Source: Bacteroidetes bacterium UBA7662
Lineage (GTDB): Bacteria > Bacteroidota > Bacteroidia > UBA7662
Assembly (NCBI GenBank): GCA_002483345.1
Contig: DLHS01000016.1
Coordinates: 21,956-85,955, forward strand
Direction: 5' to 3'
Length of the DNA stretch: 64,000 nt
The translations under genes were made by a program, and so were the position numbers. Under the pieces are notes generated by a model. That model saw only the letters and a program-made list of their open reading frames with translations, did not search any database and was not told the DNA's origin. Numbering within the stretch: position 1 is the stretch's first letter; every line of letters starts with the position of its first letter. Positions 28,994 through 39,767 of the stretch are shown one piece after another.

Positions 28994-30214
28994 CTATATA
29001 AGTTGTTTGTTGTAATTAGATTCATTCTGACTTATCCCGAAATAGATTGCCAGGAAAACAGTCAATTGAGGAATCACGCATACAGTCTCTGTAAAATCGA
29101 CTGAAATAATAGTCAATCCTATAAGGATTTTTGGTGCTGCGGATCTTACGCTCAAAAGTTTTGCAAAAAGAATGTATAAGTAAAATAAATACCCAACAAT
29201 GCCCCTTTCTATCAGTAGTAACAAAGAGGCCGATTCACTACCCTTGTGGGGAGCGCCCGTGTCAGCCATTAAAAACATTTCATTCCCGGTACCGACGCCA
29301 AACAAAGGCCTCTGGCTAATCAGGTCGAATGTAAATTCGGCAATTCTACGTCGGATGGTATAAGAATTATCTTCCTGATCTACCAACGCACTCAATCTGA
29401 AAAGATCATCAAGAACCAATAGATCCTCATAGTTACTGTAGACAAACAATCCGAGCAGCACGCTTACAGCCAAAAAGATTAAAAGTTTAAAATGTTGTTT
29501 TTTGATCACGCTGTAAACAACATTTACCATTACGAATGCGAGCATGGATGTCCTCGATTTTGAGAACAAAACAAGGTTAGCCAGAACAAAGAGAAACAAG
29601 ATTACTTTCTCCTTCTTCGACAAGTAATCCGGGTTTTCGAAAAATAAGAGTATGTAACAGAATACCGTAAAAACTCCGAATACGTTCGCATTCCCAAGAA
29701 AAGAAACAGGCCTTTTGGCTAATGGCAGGGCTTCTTCAACATAAACTACCCAACTTCCGTTTTCAATAACATAGATAGGTTGAAACAACGACTGATAAAG
29801 TGCTACAAAAAAAGAAACAATCAGAAGTACTTTAACAACCCCAAAATAAAATGACGTCTTCCGTATTTTGAGGGTTCTGACCAGGTAGTAAAATAAAACA
29901 GGGACTACTGCTCTTAAAAATCCCGGAATTGTAACCCCATAAGGAGAAAGCGCATAAGAACATAGAATTGTAAAAACAAAAAGTACAATAAACCAAACTT
30001 CATTTTTAGTAAAGATTGCCCCTTTTGCCAGTAGTAAACAGGCAAACAAGACGGGTAGCGTAATGAATGTGGAGATATTATAAAGCCAATAGGGTAATCC
30101 CGGAATATACCCGAGCATCCCAAGCGTAAACATAACCGCAAACAGAAGGTTTGCAACTATACCATTTGAATGTACGCGCGGCACATCCGTAACCACATTA
30201 CTTAACGATGTCAT
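28994..30214 (-). CDS. wzy: Polysaccharide polymerase (Wzy-like)
   Basis: About 11 TM, R..SFLGNAN, SKSRTS, PLFGVGTG; position within Wzx cassette. Confidence 0.7.
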   Translation of the reverse strand: MTSLSNVVTDVPRVHSNGIVANLLFAVMFTLGMLGYIPGLPYWLYNISTFITLPVLFACLLLAKGAIFTKNEVWFIVLFVFTILCSYALSPYGVTIPGFLRAVVPVLFYYLVRTLKIRKTSFYFGVVKVLLIVSFFVALYQSLFQPIYVIENGSWVVYVEEALPLAKRPVSFLGNANVFGVFTVFCYILLFFENPDYLSKKEKVILFLFVLANLVLFSKSRTSMLAFVMVNVVYSVIKKQHFKLLIFLAVSVLLGLFVYSNYEDLLVLDDLFRLSALVDQEDNSYTIRRRIAEFTFDLISQRPLFGVGTGNEMFLMADTGAPHKGSESASLLLLIERGIVGYLFYLYILFAKLLSVRSAAPKILIGLTIISVDFTETVCVIPQLTVFLAIYFGISQNESNYNKQLI

Positions 30215-31353
30215 TCAACAATGAATCGACTGTATATTTCTTCCATGACACCAGAACATCTTTCATTAGAATGCTCCTTAACCACAAACGCTTTACCTCT
30301 TGCGGAAATGCTACCCCAATCGGGAATCGATTTAAGTTTATCAAACTGGGCAACAAGGCCCTTGGGATCTCCCTCTGCTGCTAAAAAATGATTTTCAGGA
30401 GGTATAATATTGGGAATATCCGCGTGTGTGGTTGAAACGACAGGCAGACCTAAAGCCTGCATCTCTATGATAATTGTGGGAGCCCCTCCCTCAGACCCAC
30501 CATCAGGAGCAGTTTCACTGGGATGAAAAAACAAATGGAAAGACGTGGACAGGGTATAGATCTCATCCAGAGATCTTTTACCAATCAGGGAAACAACATG
30601 ACCGAGTTCAAGCCTTTCTATAAGATTGAGAATGTCAACCTTCTGAGGCCCCTCTCCAATGATAACAACCTCGAGCTTGTCTCCTCTGTCAGCCATTATT
30701 TTAATGGCTTTGAGCGCTGTCAGATACCCCTTCTTTGGATAAAAATTGGCACACATCAAAATCTTCAATACTTCGCCTTCAGACCAGGAATTACGTTCTC
30801 TGAACTGGAGGTGGTCTAAAGGAACCCCTATCTTAACCACCGAAACCTTCTCTTGTTCACATCCCAATTCCACCATCCTGCTCTTCATAAATTGGCCTTC
30901 CACTACTATCTGAGAAGCATGCTCAAAGAGTAAATGGTAACGATCCCTCCAACCAGGCAACTTAGGTACGTCAGACATATCAGAGCCATAAAAAGTAACA
31001 ATCAGCGGTATGTTGAGCTTTTTAGACAGCTTAATAGCATAATATCCCTGAGTACCCATGTGGGCGTGCAAAATCCCGATATTTTTTTCTTTCCTCAACA
31101 AAAAATAGTAGGACCACCAATCATTAATCAGACGTGCGCTAAACCCCAGTTTAACGGTCAGCAGCTTATCGAGAAACAAAAAAGGTGCAAAAAACGGGCT
31201 TGTCTTCAGTATATTCTTATAGGGATAAAGAATTGTATCGACAGGAATTATTTCCCTACAAGCTACAAAATGCTCGTACTTTCTGAATCCCTTCAGTAAA
31301 AAATAGACGAAGCTGACTCTCAGGTACTGATCTCTAAGATGTATAATTTTCAT
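30211..31353 (-). CDS. GT4 glycosyltransferase (WcaL/AmsK-like)
   Basis: HAHMG, TFYGSD, KKG, HPSETAPDGGSEGGAP, ALGLPVVSTTHADIP. Confidence 0.88.
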   Translation of the reverse strand: MKIIHLRDQYLRVSFVYFLLKGFRKYEHFVACREIIPVDTILYPYKNILKTSPFFAPFLFLDKLLTVKLGFSARLINDWWSYYFLLRKEKNIGILHAHMGTQGYYAIKLSKKLNIPLIVTFYGSDMSDVPKLPGWRDRYHLLFEHASQIVVEGQFMKSRMVELGCEQEKVSVVKIGVPLDHLQFRERNSWSEGEVLKILMCANFYPKKGYLTALKAIKIMADRGDKLEVVIIGEGPQKVDILNLIERLELGHVVSLIGKRSLDEIYTLSTSFHLFFHPSETAPDGGSEGGAPTIIIEMQALGLPVVSTTHADIPNIIPPENHFLAAEGDPKGLVAQFDKLKSIPDWGSISARGKAFVVKEHSNERCSGVMEEIYSRFIVE

Positions 31354-32807
31354 GCTCTACTTTTCAAATATTTTGTTGAAACAAAATTCCAGATAAAATC
31401 AAAATTTCTTCTGTAGATATATACATACAGTCCCAACATTGCAGCGTAGGATAAAACTGCTATAAACAAGTTTAAATTATACTGAAAAATAAGCCTGTCC
31501 GCCACGGAAAACATTATAAAAAAAAGCAAAATACCCAGGGTTTCAGGAAACTTGTAATCCAAAGGAAAATACTTCTTGTTGTAAATATTTATCAGAACAA
31601 AAGAAGTCAATGACATCAATATCTGACAAAGAGCAGCGCCGAGTAATCCTATTTTTTGTATAAGAATATAACTCCCGATAAGTCCTGTAATGAGCGTTGC
31701 TATGGTAACCAGCATTTCGATACTGGTTTTTTTATTGATGTTGGTTGTCATAGCCAACAACATAAACAACACGCTCAGTGAATTGGCAATGATCAGAAAA
31801 GGGGTATACAAAGCTGCTTCCAGGTATTCTTTTTTACTCAGGTAGTTCAGCAGGTAGGCATCTACAAAAACCAGCAACATAGCCAACAGAAAGAACATGG
31901 AGACAAAAGTTGATATTTTGGCGTTAATCTGCCTTTTAAACTCATCAATAGACACCGTGTTATACATTCTCAGGTAATAGGGTGTAAACGAAATCATAAA
32001 AGCATTAACCAACACAATACTTAATATACCTGTGATCTTCTGGGCAACATCAAAAATGGCCACATCCTCTGTATTTGAAAAAAATACGAGAAAGTATCTG
32101 TTACCGTAAGCGATTAAATAGGAAACAACATTTGCCACCGATAAGGGCAATCCATACATAAGTAAGTACTTCAAAGCTCCCTTATTAAAATCCAGGGTCA
32201 GAAATTTGCTCAGGAACCCGAATCCAATGACAATGCTGAGTGTAGAAGAAATCAAATAGCCTACAAGTATATTTTCCACTCCAAAAGATGTAAAAAACAT
32301 AATGTACAAATTCACCACACACAATATGATTACATCTGCAACTGTCAGGCTAACGTACTTAACCGGCTTTTCCAAAGCCCTTAATGCGCCCAGTATCATG
32401 CCGAACAAAACCCTGGTAAATCCCCAAAGCAGGACCACAAAGACGTTATTCCTGTCTGCCTGTGAACTAAAATTTGGAATATTTAAAGAGTCAGGCAGCA
32501 AATTAAAAAAAACAAAAACAACCAGAAATGTTAACAAGAAAAACACGGTCATGGTTGAAACCGCCGACCTTCTCAAAGAAACAGCATCAAATTCAGAGAA
32601 ATATCTTAAAATACCGTTGGAAATTGAGAATGAAAAAATGATGCTGAACAAGTTCCCGGTTACATAGAGAATCGAAAATTTCCCATAATCTGCAACATTC
32701 AATTTTTCCAGGTAAACAGGAATCAGCAACAGCACTATCAGTGCGTAGAGCATATTGCCGATTCCGTATATTAAGAAACTCTTAGTTAGAGAAATGCCTG
32801 GCATCAA
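31350..32807 (-). CDS. wzx: Oligosaccharide flippase (Wzx)
   Basis: About 14 TM; LIPVY...DYG, YGLPL, NRYFL, GLLGAA pattern. Confidence 0.82.
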   Translation of the reverse strand: MMPGISLTKSFLIYGIGNMLYALIVLLLIPVYLEKLNVADYGKFSILYVTGNLFSIIFSFSISNGILRYFSEFDAVSLRRSAVSTMTVFFLLTFLVVFVFFNLLPDSLNIPNFSSQADRNNVFVVLLWGFTRVLFGMILGALRALEKPVKYVSLTVADVIILCVVNLYIMFFTSFGVENILVGYLISSTLSIVIGFGFLSKFLTLDFNKGALKYLLMYGLPLSVANVVSYLIAYGNRYFLVFFSNTEDVAIFDVAQKITGILSIVLVNAFMISFTPYYLRMYNTVSIDEFKRQINAKISTFVSMFFLLAMLLVFVDAYLLNYLSKKEYLEAALYTPFLIIANSLSVLFMLLAMTTNINKKTSIEMLVTIATLITGLIGSYILIQKIGLLGAALCQILMSLTSFVLINIYNKKYFPLDYKFPETLGILLFFIMFSVADRLIFQYNLNLFIAVLSYAAMLGLYVYIYRRNFDFIWNFVSTKYLKSRA

Positions 32808-33460
32808 AGAGCTTTTTTGCCTGTAAATACAGAATTACAGTCAACAATATCGGTGTATTGATCAATTTTAACCAAACTGGCAAAGCTAAATAGGTTAGTA
32901 TAAAACTCTACCGTCTTGGTTTGAAAGTTAGACAGATCCTCCGAGGTCTTCTCTACAAGAAAAACAGATCCCCCGGGCTTTAAAACCCTTTCGATTTCTG
33001 AAACAGTCTTCGTGAGGACAGCAGAATCTGTAATGGATCCAAAGACCAGACATATAAACACGGAATCTACACTATTTTCCTCAAGAGGTATAATACCCTC
33101 CGCCATCAGTCTGTATTCAACATTAGCGGCCGCCGGTGCCAGATCAATCAGTTTTTTAATCGGGTCTACACCAATAACCTGCGCCTGGAAAAACTCAGCC
33201 AGTTTTCCTGAAAATCTACCTGGTCCACAACCGAAATCCAGAATGATATTTCCGGAACCATCAGAAAGAATTTTTTGGTACAACGGAAACAAAAAGCCGA
33301 TTTGAAACGCTGTAACTTTCTCCAATTCTTCTTCGGTATGACCAAGATGAATCACAGATCTCACCCCATAGTTCTTGGCTCTGTCTTCCCAATATTCAAT
33401 CTGAGAGTTGTACTTTTTAGGGAAGAACTTATTCCATACCCGTTTAATTAAACTAATCAT
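32804..33460 (-). CDS. Class I SAM-dependent methyltransferase
   Basis: YWEDRA, ILDFGCGPGRF, GVD, RVLKPGG. Confidence 0.88.
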   Translation of the reverse strand: MISLIKRVWNKFFPKKYNSQIEYWEDRAKNYGVRSVIHLGHTEEELEKVTAFQIGFLFPLYQKILSDGSGNIILDFGCGPGRFSGKLAEFFQAQVIGVDPIKKLIDLAPAAANVEYRLMAEGIIPLEENSVDSVFICLVFGSITDSAVLTKTVSEIERVLKPGGSVFLVEKTSEDLSNFQTKTVEFYTNLFSFASLVKIDQYTDIVDCNSVFTGKKAL

Positions 33461-34596
33461 CCTCTGTCTTGTTTAAAATAGTGCTTAATCAAATCTGTAA
33501 TACGAACTACGTCTTTACCTTCCAATCCTGAAAACATGGGCAGGCGCAATAAACGTTCGCTTTCTTTGGTAGTATGCTCATCCAAACCATGGAATCTTCC
33601 ATATTTTAACCCTGCTATCGCAGAATGAAGTGGTATATAATGGAAAACAGAACTAACGCCGTTGGCTTGTAAATAATCAATCAGTCCCTGACGAGCTTCT
33701 ATGTCCTGGAGTTTAACAAAGAAAATGTGTCCGTTATGTTGGCAATCAGCCGGGATTTTGGGTAATTCTATAAAACCAGCCGTTTCCAATTCTGCCAATA
33801 AGTCATTGTAGAGATTCCAGGTCTTTAATCTGCCCTCCGTTATTTCTTTGCCAACCTCAAGCTGGGCATATAAAACAGCAGCTAATAACTCACTTGGCAA
33901 ATAGCTGGAACCCATGTCAACCCAGGTATATTTATCTACCTGCCCTCGCAGAAACATAGATCTGTTCGTCCCTTTTTCCCGGATGATTTCTGCTCTTTGT
34001 GTGAACTTTTCAGTATTAAGAACCAGAGCTCCACCTTCGCCGGAATGAATATTTTTCGTCTCATGAAAACTAAAACAGCTCATATCCCCCAGAACACCAA
34101 CAGGCTGTCCCTTGTAATAAGAACCGAAACATTGAGCAGCGTCTTCTATAACTAAAAGATTGTGCTTTTTTGCAATAGACAATATGGCATCCATATCGCA
34201 AGACACTCCACCATAATGAACTGGCACGATGGCTCTTGTTTGGGGTGTTATAGCTGATTCTATTTTCGTTTCATCTATGTTCATCGTTACGGGATTAATA
34301 TCCACAAAAACGATTGTTGCACCCCGAAGAACAAAAGCATTGGCCGTGGAGACGAAAGTAAACGACGGCATGATAACTTCATCACCAGGTTTTATGTCTG
34401 CCAGTATCGCTGACATTTCCAAAGCATGTGAGCATGAAGTTGTTAAAAGAACCTTGGGTGCACCCAGGGCTTGCTCCAACCAGCTATGACACTTTTTTGT
34501 AAAAGAACCGTCTCCTGAAAATTTCTTACTCAAAAAGACTTCAGACAGGTATTCCCTTTGTTTTTCAGATTCAAAAGGTACATTAAATGGAATCAT
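33457..34596 (-). CDS. wecE: dTDP-4-amino-4,6-dideoxygalactose transaminase
   Basis: MIPFNVP, SGDG.FTKKC, TSCSHALEM, SFHETKNI.SGEGG, REKGTNR, QVDKYTW, GSSYLPSE. Confidence 0.9.
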   Translation of the reverse strand: MIPFNVPFESEKQREYLSEVFLSKKFSGDGSFTKKCHSWLEQALGAPKVLLTTSCSHALEMSAILADIKPGDEVIMPSFTFVSTANAFVLRGATIVFVDINPVTMNIDETKIESAITPQTRAIVPVHYGGVSCDMDAILSIAKKHNLLVIEDAAQCFGSYYKGQPVGVLGDMSCFSFHETKNIHSGEGGALVLNTEKFTQRAEIIREKGTNRSMFLRGQVDKYTWVDMGSSYLPSELLAAVLYAQLEVGKEITEGRLKTWNLYNDLLAELETAGFIELPKIPADCQHNGHIFFVKLQDIEARQGLIDYLQANGVSSVFHYIPLHSAIAGLKYGRFHGLDEHTTKESERLLRLPMFSGLEGKDVVRITDLIKHYFKQDRG

Positions 34597-34749
34597 AGTA
34601 TTTCCAAAAATTATAGTAGGGTGTAATTAGAATTGATTTAAGAGCGGGCAAATCCTTATGCTCCAGAAATCTACCGGTACGCCAGGCAATGAAAAAATTC
34701 TTGGCGTGGGTTTTAAAAGAGGAGGGCGGTTGCTATTATCGATTAAAGT

Positions 34750-35826
34750 TTAATCCTTATCGCTCAATATCCGGCTCATCCACTTTCTGAAAAGCAGGAA
34801 GAAGGAGAAACCAGCGGTCAAAATAAATGAAGTCAGGATTGCCCACTTAACCCTGCCTTTACCCTTTTTGTCTAGGGGGAATCTTGGTGAGTCAATAACT
34901 TCAATAGTAGGCTCTTCTCTTTCGAGTGTAAATTTGGTGAGTTCCAGATTTTTGACCAATTCACCGTAGAGGGTAGTCAACATCTGCACTTCTAACTGTT
35001 TTTTTGCAGCAGGTACCCTTGCACGCATCATTATCAACGATTGATTCTGATCACTTTCCTGGGCAGCAGAACTCATGGCAAGACCCAGAGCCCTTCTAAC
35101 TGAATCAACCCTGTGCTCCAACAGATTTACTGTCCGCCTGGTTTTGCCCACTTTTAATTCCAAATACAAGGCGATTGCTTCTTCAATGATAATTTGATTC
35201 ATTAAAAAAGCCCATTTCTCGTCAACATCGCTAATATGAACCTCCAGAAGACCTGCTTTTTTTTCAAGTCTTGTTACCTTAAGAGAATTGTCCACAATAT
35301 CTGTTACAACCAAACCGAGAATACTATCCTCTTTTCTTGTAAACTGTTGAATCGATTTATGGGGATCAATAAATTCGATTTTATGCTCCTTTAAGGCATC
35401 TTCAAAGTGATTACCAATATATCTGTTAAGAAGCGTTCCCTCATTAAAATCAATTTGTGGAGTCAATAATGCTGCCTGAATAATGCGATCGGACTGCAAA
35501 AGTAAAATCAGGTTATCAGTTGAAAATAATCCTGCACCTCCACCACCCAAATCAAATCCAAACTGACTTGCAATACCTGACAAGCCTGAAGATCCGGTTT
35601 TTTCTTCTACAGCAAAAGTTAAATTGCTGGTATACAAAACCTTATTGAAGAAATGAGCGTATCCAAATCCAACAACCAGTCCGATTACAGACACCAAGAG
35701 GATACGTATTTTGTAAATCCACAAAAAACCAAGGGTGTCTCTGACACCTATAAGTATCTCTTTCAAACTTAGTTCACCATCATTCCCACCTGTCTGCAGG
35801 TGGGATGTTTTGTCTGGTAAGTTCAT
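34750..35826 (-). CDS. Polysaccharide chain-length determinant (Wzz/co-polymerase, no kinase domain)
   Basis: Two terminal TMs, GLSGIASQFGFDLG, coiled-coil region, IDSP. Confidence 0.82.
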   Translation of the reverse strand: MNLPDKTSHLQTGGNDGELSLKEILIGVRDTLGFLWIYKIRILLVSVIGLVVGFGYAHFFNKVLYTSNLTFAVEEKTGSSGLSGIASQFGFDLGGGGAGLFSTDNLILLLQSDRIIQAALLTPQIDFNEGTLLNRYIGNHFEDALKEHKIEFIDPHKSIQQFTRKEDSILGLVVTDIVDNSLKVTRLEKKAGLLEVHISDVDEKWAFLMNQIIIEEAIALYLELKVGKTRRTVNLLEHRVDSVRRALGLAMSSAAQESDQNQSLIMMRARVPAAKKQLEVQMLTTLYGELVKNLELTKFTLEREEPTIEVIDSPRFPLDKKGKGRVKWAILTSFILTAGFSFFLLFRKWMSRILSDKD

Positions 35827-38231
35827 AGCTGTTTAAGCAATATTATGAGGGTTGCTAATCCGGTGAGTTTAATTGTTGTGTTTTCAATGGCCCTGTTCCA
35901 ATCAATCGGGTCACCCTTTTCCCTTTTAATTTTAGAGGTCTCTTTCATTGAAACATATATGGTCGCTCCTGGTGTTACTTTAGGATAAATTTTGATGCCC
36001 AGGTAGTTTCTTGTTCTGCTCACCTTATCATTGGCGGCCACCACAAACACGCGTTTACGGGAAGCCTTTTCACTAAACCCGTCTCCAAAATTCTTCACAT
36101 ATCTGTTAGCCCTTAATCCGGGCTTGTAAGGAGCATTTACAGCCTTCATCCCTGTTGTATTCAAATACTGCACACCAGGTCCCTGTATACTCACATAGGG
36201 GATATATTCCGGCACTATGATTCTGTCACCATCCATCAAGCGATAATCAAACCGTCTGTTTCCTGTATTCAGAACCCTGGGCAAATCAATCAGCACTTGC
36301 CCTCCCGGAGCTGTTTCACGGAAAAAGCGCGTGGCTTCAATAAAGGCCTGGCCTTTTAAGCCTCCCGCTCTTCTGATAACATCACTTATCCTTTCTTCTC
36401 TGCTCAGCAAAGAATATGTACCCGGATACTTAAATTCACCTTCCAGCAAAACTGAAGCGGGCTCCATAAAATCAGCCAGCGTTCGTACATAAATCCGGTC
36501 ATACGGCTGCAGCATGAATTTGTCACCATCCCCTTTAAGCTCTCCGTTTTCCAGTTCAAAACCCAAAATAAATACAGCTGCCTCTTTAGGGGCATTGGCA
36601 TTAAATAAACTCAGCCGGACAACTTCAATTCGTTTGGGATCTGCTTCGGCCTTTAAACCGCCTACTTGCAGAATAACATCTCCCAGTGTTATCCCCGTTT
36701 CATAGGCTAAATCCCCTGGTTTGCGTACAGCTCCGATTACTCTCAAATCGGGATTTTCAAGGAAATCTGACTTACTGACCACCATAATCCTATCAAAAGG
36801 CTGCAGTTCCATATTATCAGCAGAATTACTATCCTTCATCAGAGACTCTAAAGGAAGGGGAATGGTCTGCCTACTTTCATCTGACAGTTTCCGTGACAAA
36901 AATGCTCTTTGACCAAAAGCAGTTGGTTTAAGACCTCCGGCTTTTTCGATCAGTTCTTTGACCCGCATGCCGGGTGTAAAGGTGTAGAGGCCTTCCTGAT
37001 TGATATCTCCGCTTACCTGAATTCCGTTTCTCACATCATCCGGCAAGGCCCTTACCATAATTTCATCCCCGTCCCGCAAGGTATCTTTAGGTAAATTGCT
37101 GTTAAGATTGTATTCAATGACCTCGCGTGCACCGTTATTGAAGGTTACCCGCTGAATGCTCCCGCCAAATGCATTACCGCTTAAGCCACCGGCTAACTGA
37201 ATCAGCTCGGTAAGCCTTTCACTATCTACAATTTCATACTCCAGTGGTTTTCTGACTGCGCCCTGCATTTTGACAATTTTCCCTGCCGGATGTACTACTA
37301 TGTAATCATTGTCCTGTAGGGAAAACTCACTGGAAGTGGTTTTGCCACGTAAAAAGGCGTAGGTATCAAAACCAAAGACCTTTTTCCCATCTCTTTGAAC
37401 TTCAATGTTACGCAGACTTCCATTTTCATTCGGACCTCCGGCAGCCAAAAGTGCGTTAAAGACTGAATTAAGAGCCGGGAACTCGTAGGTTCCGGGTCGT
37501 GTAACTTCACCGACTATGTTTACTTTAATTACCCGGCTAAAAATCAGGGTAATCTCCAGTTGGTTATTATTCAAATCATAATACTGACTCCATTTGGAAC
37601 GAATCAGCTTTCGTGCCTGCTCAAAGGTCAGTCCGCTCAGGTAAATGGTTCCCATGGCTTTGACCCTTGCCGCGCCCCGAGCATCGATTTTTATGACTTC
37701 ATTGGCATAGGAGGTTCCAAACACGGAAACGACTAATTCATCGCCCGGGCCCAGAATATAGGATTCAGGTGCTCTGGTGTCTGTAGCCTGCCCAAAAAGT
37801 TTATAATTGGTGTTTTTAAAAATATCTCTTCCGTATACTTCAGAAACAGTAGTGTCCATTTTTAAAGTATCTTCTGAAGCCTTGTCTTTCTCTACAACTG
37901 AGGTGGGTTTAGGAATATAGTTTCCGGTTGTATTGATTTCTGTTTTTTCCAACGGAATAGCCGGGACCGTCTGATTCATCAACGCCACCCGTTCTTTGAA
38001 GGCAATGGCCTCTGCAGGTGCCAATCCCATACTGAGTGCCAGTTTTTCGCCTTCTTCAATATTTAGTCCCCTTGATTTACCCTGGTTGAGGATATCTGTG
38101 ATCTGCTGATCAGACAATTCAGATACTTTTACTTTAGATAAATCCATCGGCAGTTGTGCCGAGACCTGACCACAGCAAAACGCCGCAAAAATGGCAAGTA
38201 TTAAAACAAAGCGTTTCTGACTATTTCGCAT
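35823..38231 (-). CDS. SLBB-repeat polysaccharide export protein (Wza/KpsD-like)
   Basis: Signal peptide, YILGPGDEL, repeated GEV..PG.Y / AGG SLBB units; start ATG 38231. Confidence 0.9.
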   Translation of the reverse strand: MRNSQKRFVLILAIFAAFCCGQVSAQLPMDLSKVKVSELSDQQITDILNQGKSRGLNIEEGEKLALSMGLAPAEAIAFKERVALMNQTVPAIPLEKTEINTTGNYIPKPTSVVEKDKASEDTLKMDTTVSEVYGRDIFKNTNYKLFGQATDTRAPESYILGPGDELVVSVFGTSYANEVIKIDARGAARVKAMGTIYLSGLTFEQARKLIRSKWSQYYDLNNNQLEITLIFSRVIKVNIVGEVTRPGTYEFPALNSVFNALLAAGGPNENGSLRNIEVQRDGKKVFGFDTYAFLRGKTTSSEFSLQDNDYIVVHPAGKIVKMQGAVRKPLEYEIVDSERLTELIQLAGGLSGNAFGGSIQRVTFNNGAREVIEYNLNSNLPKDTLRDGDEIMVRALPDDVRNGIQVSGDINQEGLYTFTPGMRVKELIEKAGGLKPTAFGQRAFLSRKLSDESRQTIPLPLESLMKDSNSADNMELQPFDRIMVVSKSDFLENPDLRVIGAVRKPGDLAYETGITLGDVILQVGGLKAEADPKRIEVVRLSLFNANAPKEAAVFILGFELENGELKGDGDKFMLQPYDRIYVRTLADFMEPASVLLEGEFKYPGTYSLLSREERISDVIRRAGGLKGQAFIEATRFFRETAPGGQVLIDLPRVLNTGNRRFDYRLMDGDRIIVPEYIPYVSIQGPGVQYLNTTGMKAVNAPYKPGLRANRYVKNFGDGFSEKASRKRVFVVAANDKVSRTRNYLGIKIYPKVTPGATIYVSMKETSKIKREKGDPIDWNRAIENTTIKLTGLATLIILLKQL

Positions 38232-39240
38232 GTTTGAAATATTGAATATAAAAGGCAACGGTTTCGGCCAGATAGGCATCAAATTGCTGTCTGGGTTCCC
38301 AGTTCAAATCCTGTTTAAGTTTATCTGCATCAATGGCATATCGCAAATCATGACCTTTACGATCGGTGACAAAGGTAATGAGTTCTAAGGCATTACCATC
38401 TTTCCTGCCCAACTGAGTATCGACAATGCTGCAGAGCTTGTGAACCAGGTCTATGTTTTTCCATTCGTTGTTTCCCCCTACATTGTAGGTCTCGCCATTT
38501 TTACCCTTATGGAAAATAACATTCATTGCCGACACATGATCACCCACAAAAAGCCAGTCCCGGATGTTTTCTCCTTTGCCGTAAACGGGAATCGGTTTGC
38601 GTTCCAAAATCTGCCTGATAACAACCGGAATTAACTTCTCCGGATATTGGTTGGGGCCATAATTATTGGAACAGTTGCTTAAAACAATAGGAAGGCCGAA
38701 TGTGTGATGGTAAGCTCTGACAAAATGATCCGATGATGCTTTCGAAGCCGAATAGGGAGAACGGGGATCGTAAGGTGTTTCTTCCGTGAAAAAGCCCTCC
38801 GCGCCCAAACTTCCATACACCTCATCTGTGGAAATGTGATAAAAGAGGTATTTTTCAGGATCTGCATGTTCCCCCCATGCCTTTAAGGCGGCATTGAGTA
38901 AAGTGACCGTTCCAACTACATTCGTTGTCACAAATTCCATGGGATTTTCAATAGAACGATCCACATGGGATTCTGCAGCCAGGTGCATGACGCCATCTAT
39001 TTGATATTCCGTAAATAATTGCTTAACCAGACTGGCATCACAAATATCCCCCTGCACAAAGGTAAAATTTGGCTTCCCCTCCAGATCGCGGATATTATCC
39101 TGATTCCCCGCATAAGTCAGCTTATCGAGCACAATAATCCGGTAATCAGGATAGGTATTCACCATAAAACGGGCTGCATGAGATCCTATAAATCCTGCAG
39201 CGCCTGTCATTAAAATGTTTCTTTTAAAATTCATATGCAT
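38221..39240 (-). CDS. rfbB: dTDP-glucose 4,6-dehydratase
   Basis: TGAAGFIGSH, DKLTYAGN, HLAAESHVDRSI, STDEVYG, PYSASKASSD, CSNNYGP; start could be 39240 or 39234. Confidence 0.95.
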   Translation of the reverse strand: MHMNFKRNILMTGAAGFIGSHAARFMVNTYPDYRIIVLDKLTYAGNQDNIRDLEGKPNFTFVQGDICDASLVKQLFTEYQIDGVMHLAAESHVDRSIENPMEFVTTNVVGTVTLLNAALKAWGEHADPEKYLFYHISTDEVYGSLGAEGFFTEETPYDPRSPYSASKASSDHFVRAYHHTFGLPIVLSNCSNNYGPNQYPEKLIPVVIRQILERKPIPVYGKGENIRDWLFVGDHVSAMNVIFHKGKNGETYNVGGNNEWKNIDLVHKLCSIVDTQLGRKDGNALELITFVTDRKGHDLRYAIDADKLKQDLNWEPRQQFDAYLAETVAFYIQYFKHAK

Positions 39241-39767
39241 TATTTTGACCACAAAACGATGTGTGCCTGTTTTTCAAAATCATAACCGAAACCATCCTTG
39301 TCAGCTGGCTGTATTGAATATCGGATTTTTCTTTGAATCAACGCTTCTGCTTTGATGACAAGCTGTTCCAGGTAAACCAGGTCAATGTCGCCAACAAGCC
39401 GAAGATCTATGATGCCGGAATCGTGACCCTGGGCATAATCTCCGGTTACAACAGCCAGCTGAAGATTCCCAATTCTTTGGAGCACATTCTCAATAATCTG
39501 GTCGAATCCAAGATATTTCGAGACGATTTTTTTGATCTCATGGTAGATAGGATTCTCGACATCTGCTTTGTACAAGATGGTATTACCTACCGGTTCTGCC
39601 CTTAACAAGCCGGCATCCGTCAGCCTGTTGAGCTCAACACGAACAGAATTCGTGCTCTCGCCAAATTCATCTGCCAGCGAACGCAAATACGCTGCATTTG
39701 AACTATTACTGAAGAACTTCAGCAACAATTTTATGCGGGTTTTAGAAGTAATAAGAGAATCTAACAT
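39240..39767 (-). CDS. Winged-helix (ArsR-like) regulator fused to nucleotidyltransferase-like domain
   Basis: LITSKTRIKLLLKFF...YLRSLADEFGESTNSVRVELNRL (wHTH); TGDYAQG.DSGIIDL.LVG (MNT-like). Confidence 0.8.
   Translation of the reverse strand: MLDSLITSKTRIKLLLKFFSNSSNAAYLRSLADEFGESTNSVRVELNRLTDAGLLRAEPVGNTILYKADVENPIYHEIKKIVSKYLGFDQIIENVLQRIGNLQLAVVTGDYAQGHDSGIIDLRLVGDIDLVYLEQLVIKAEALIQRKIRYSIQPADKDGFGYDFEKQAHIVLWSK

Noticed and set aside
39240-39767. MNT-HEPN toxin-antitoxin module
   Set aside because: No HEPN or other toxin gene adjacent; the next gene is rfbB
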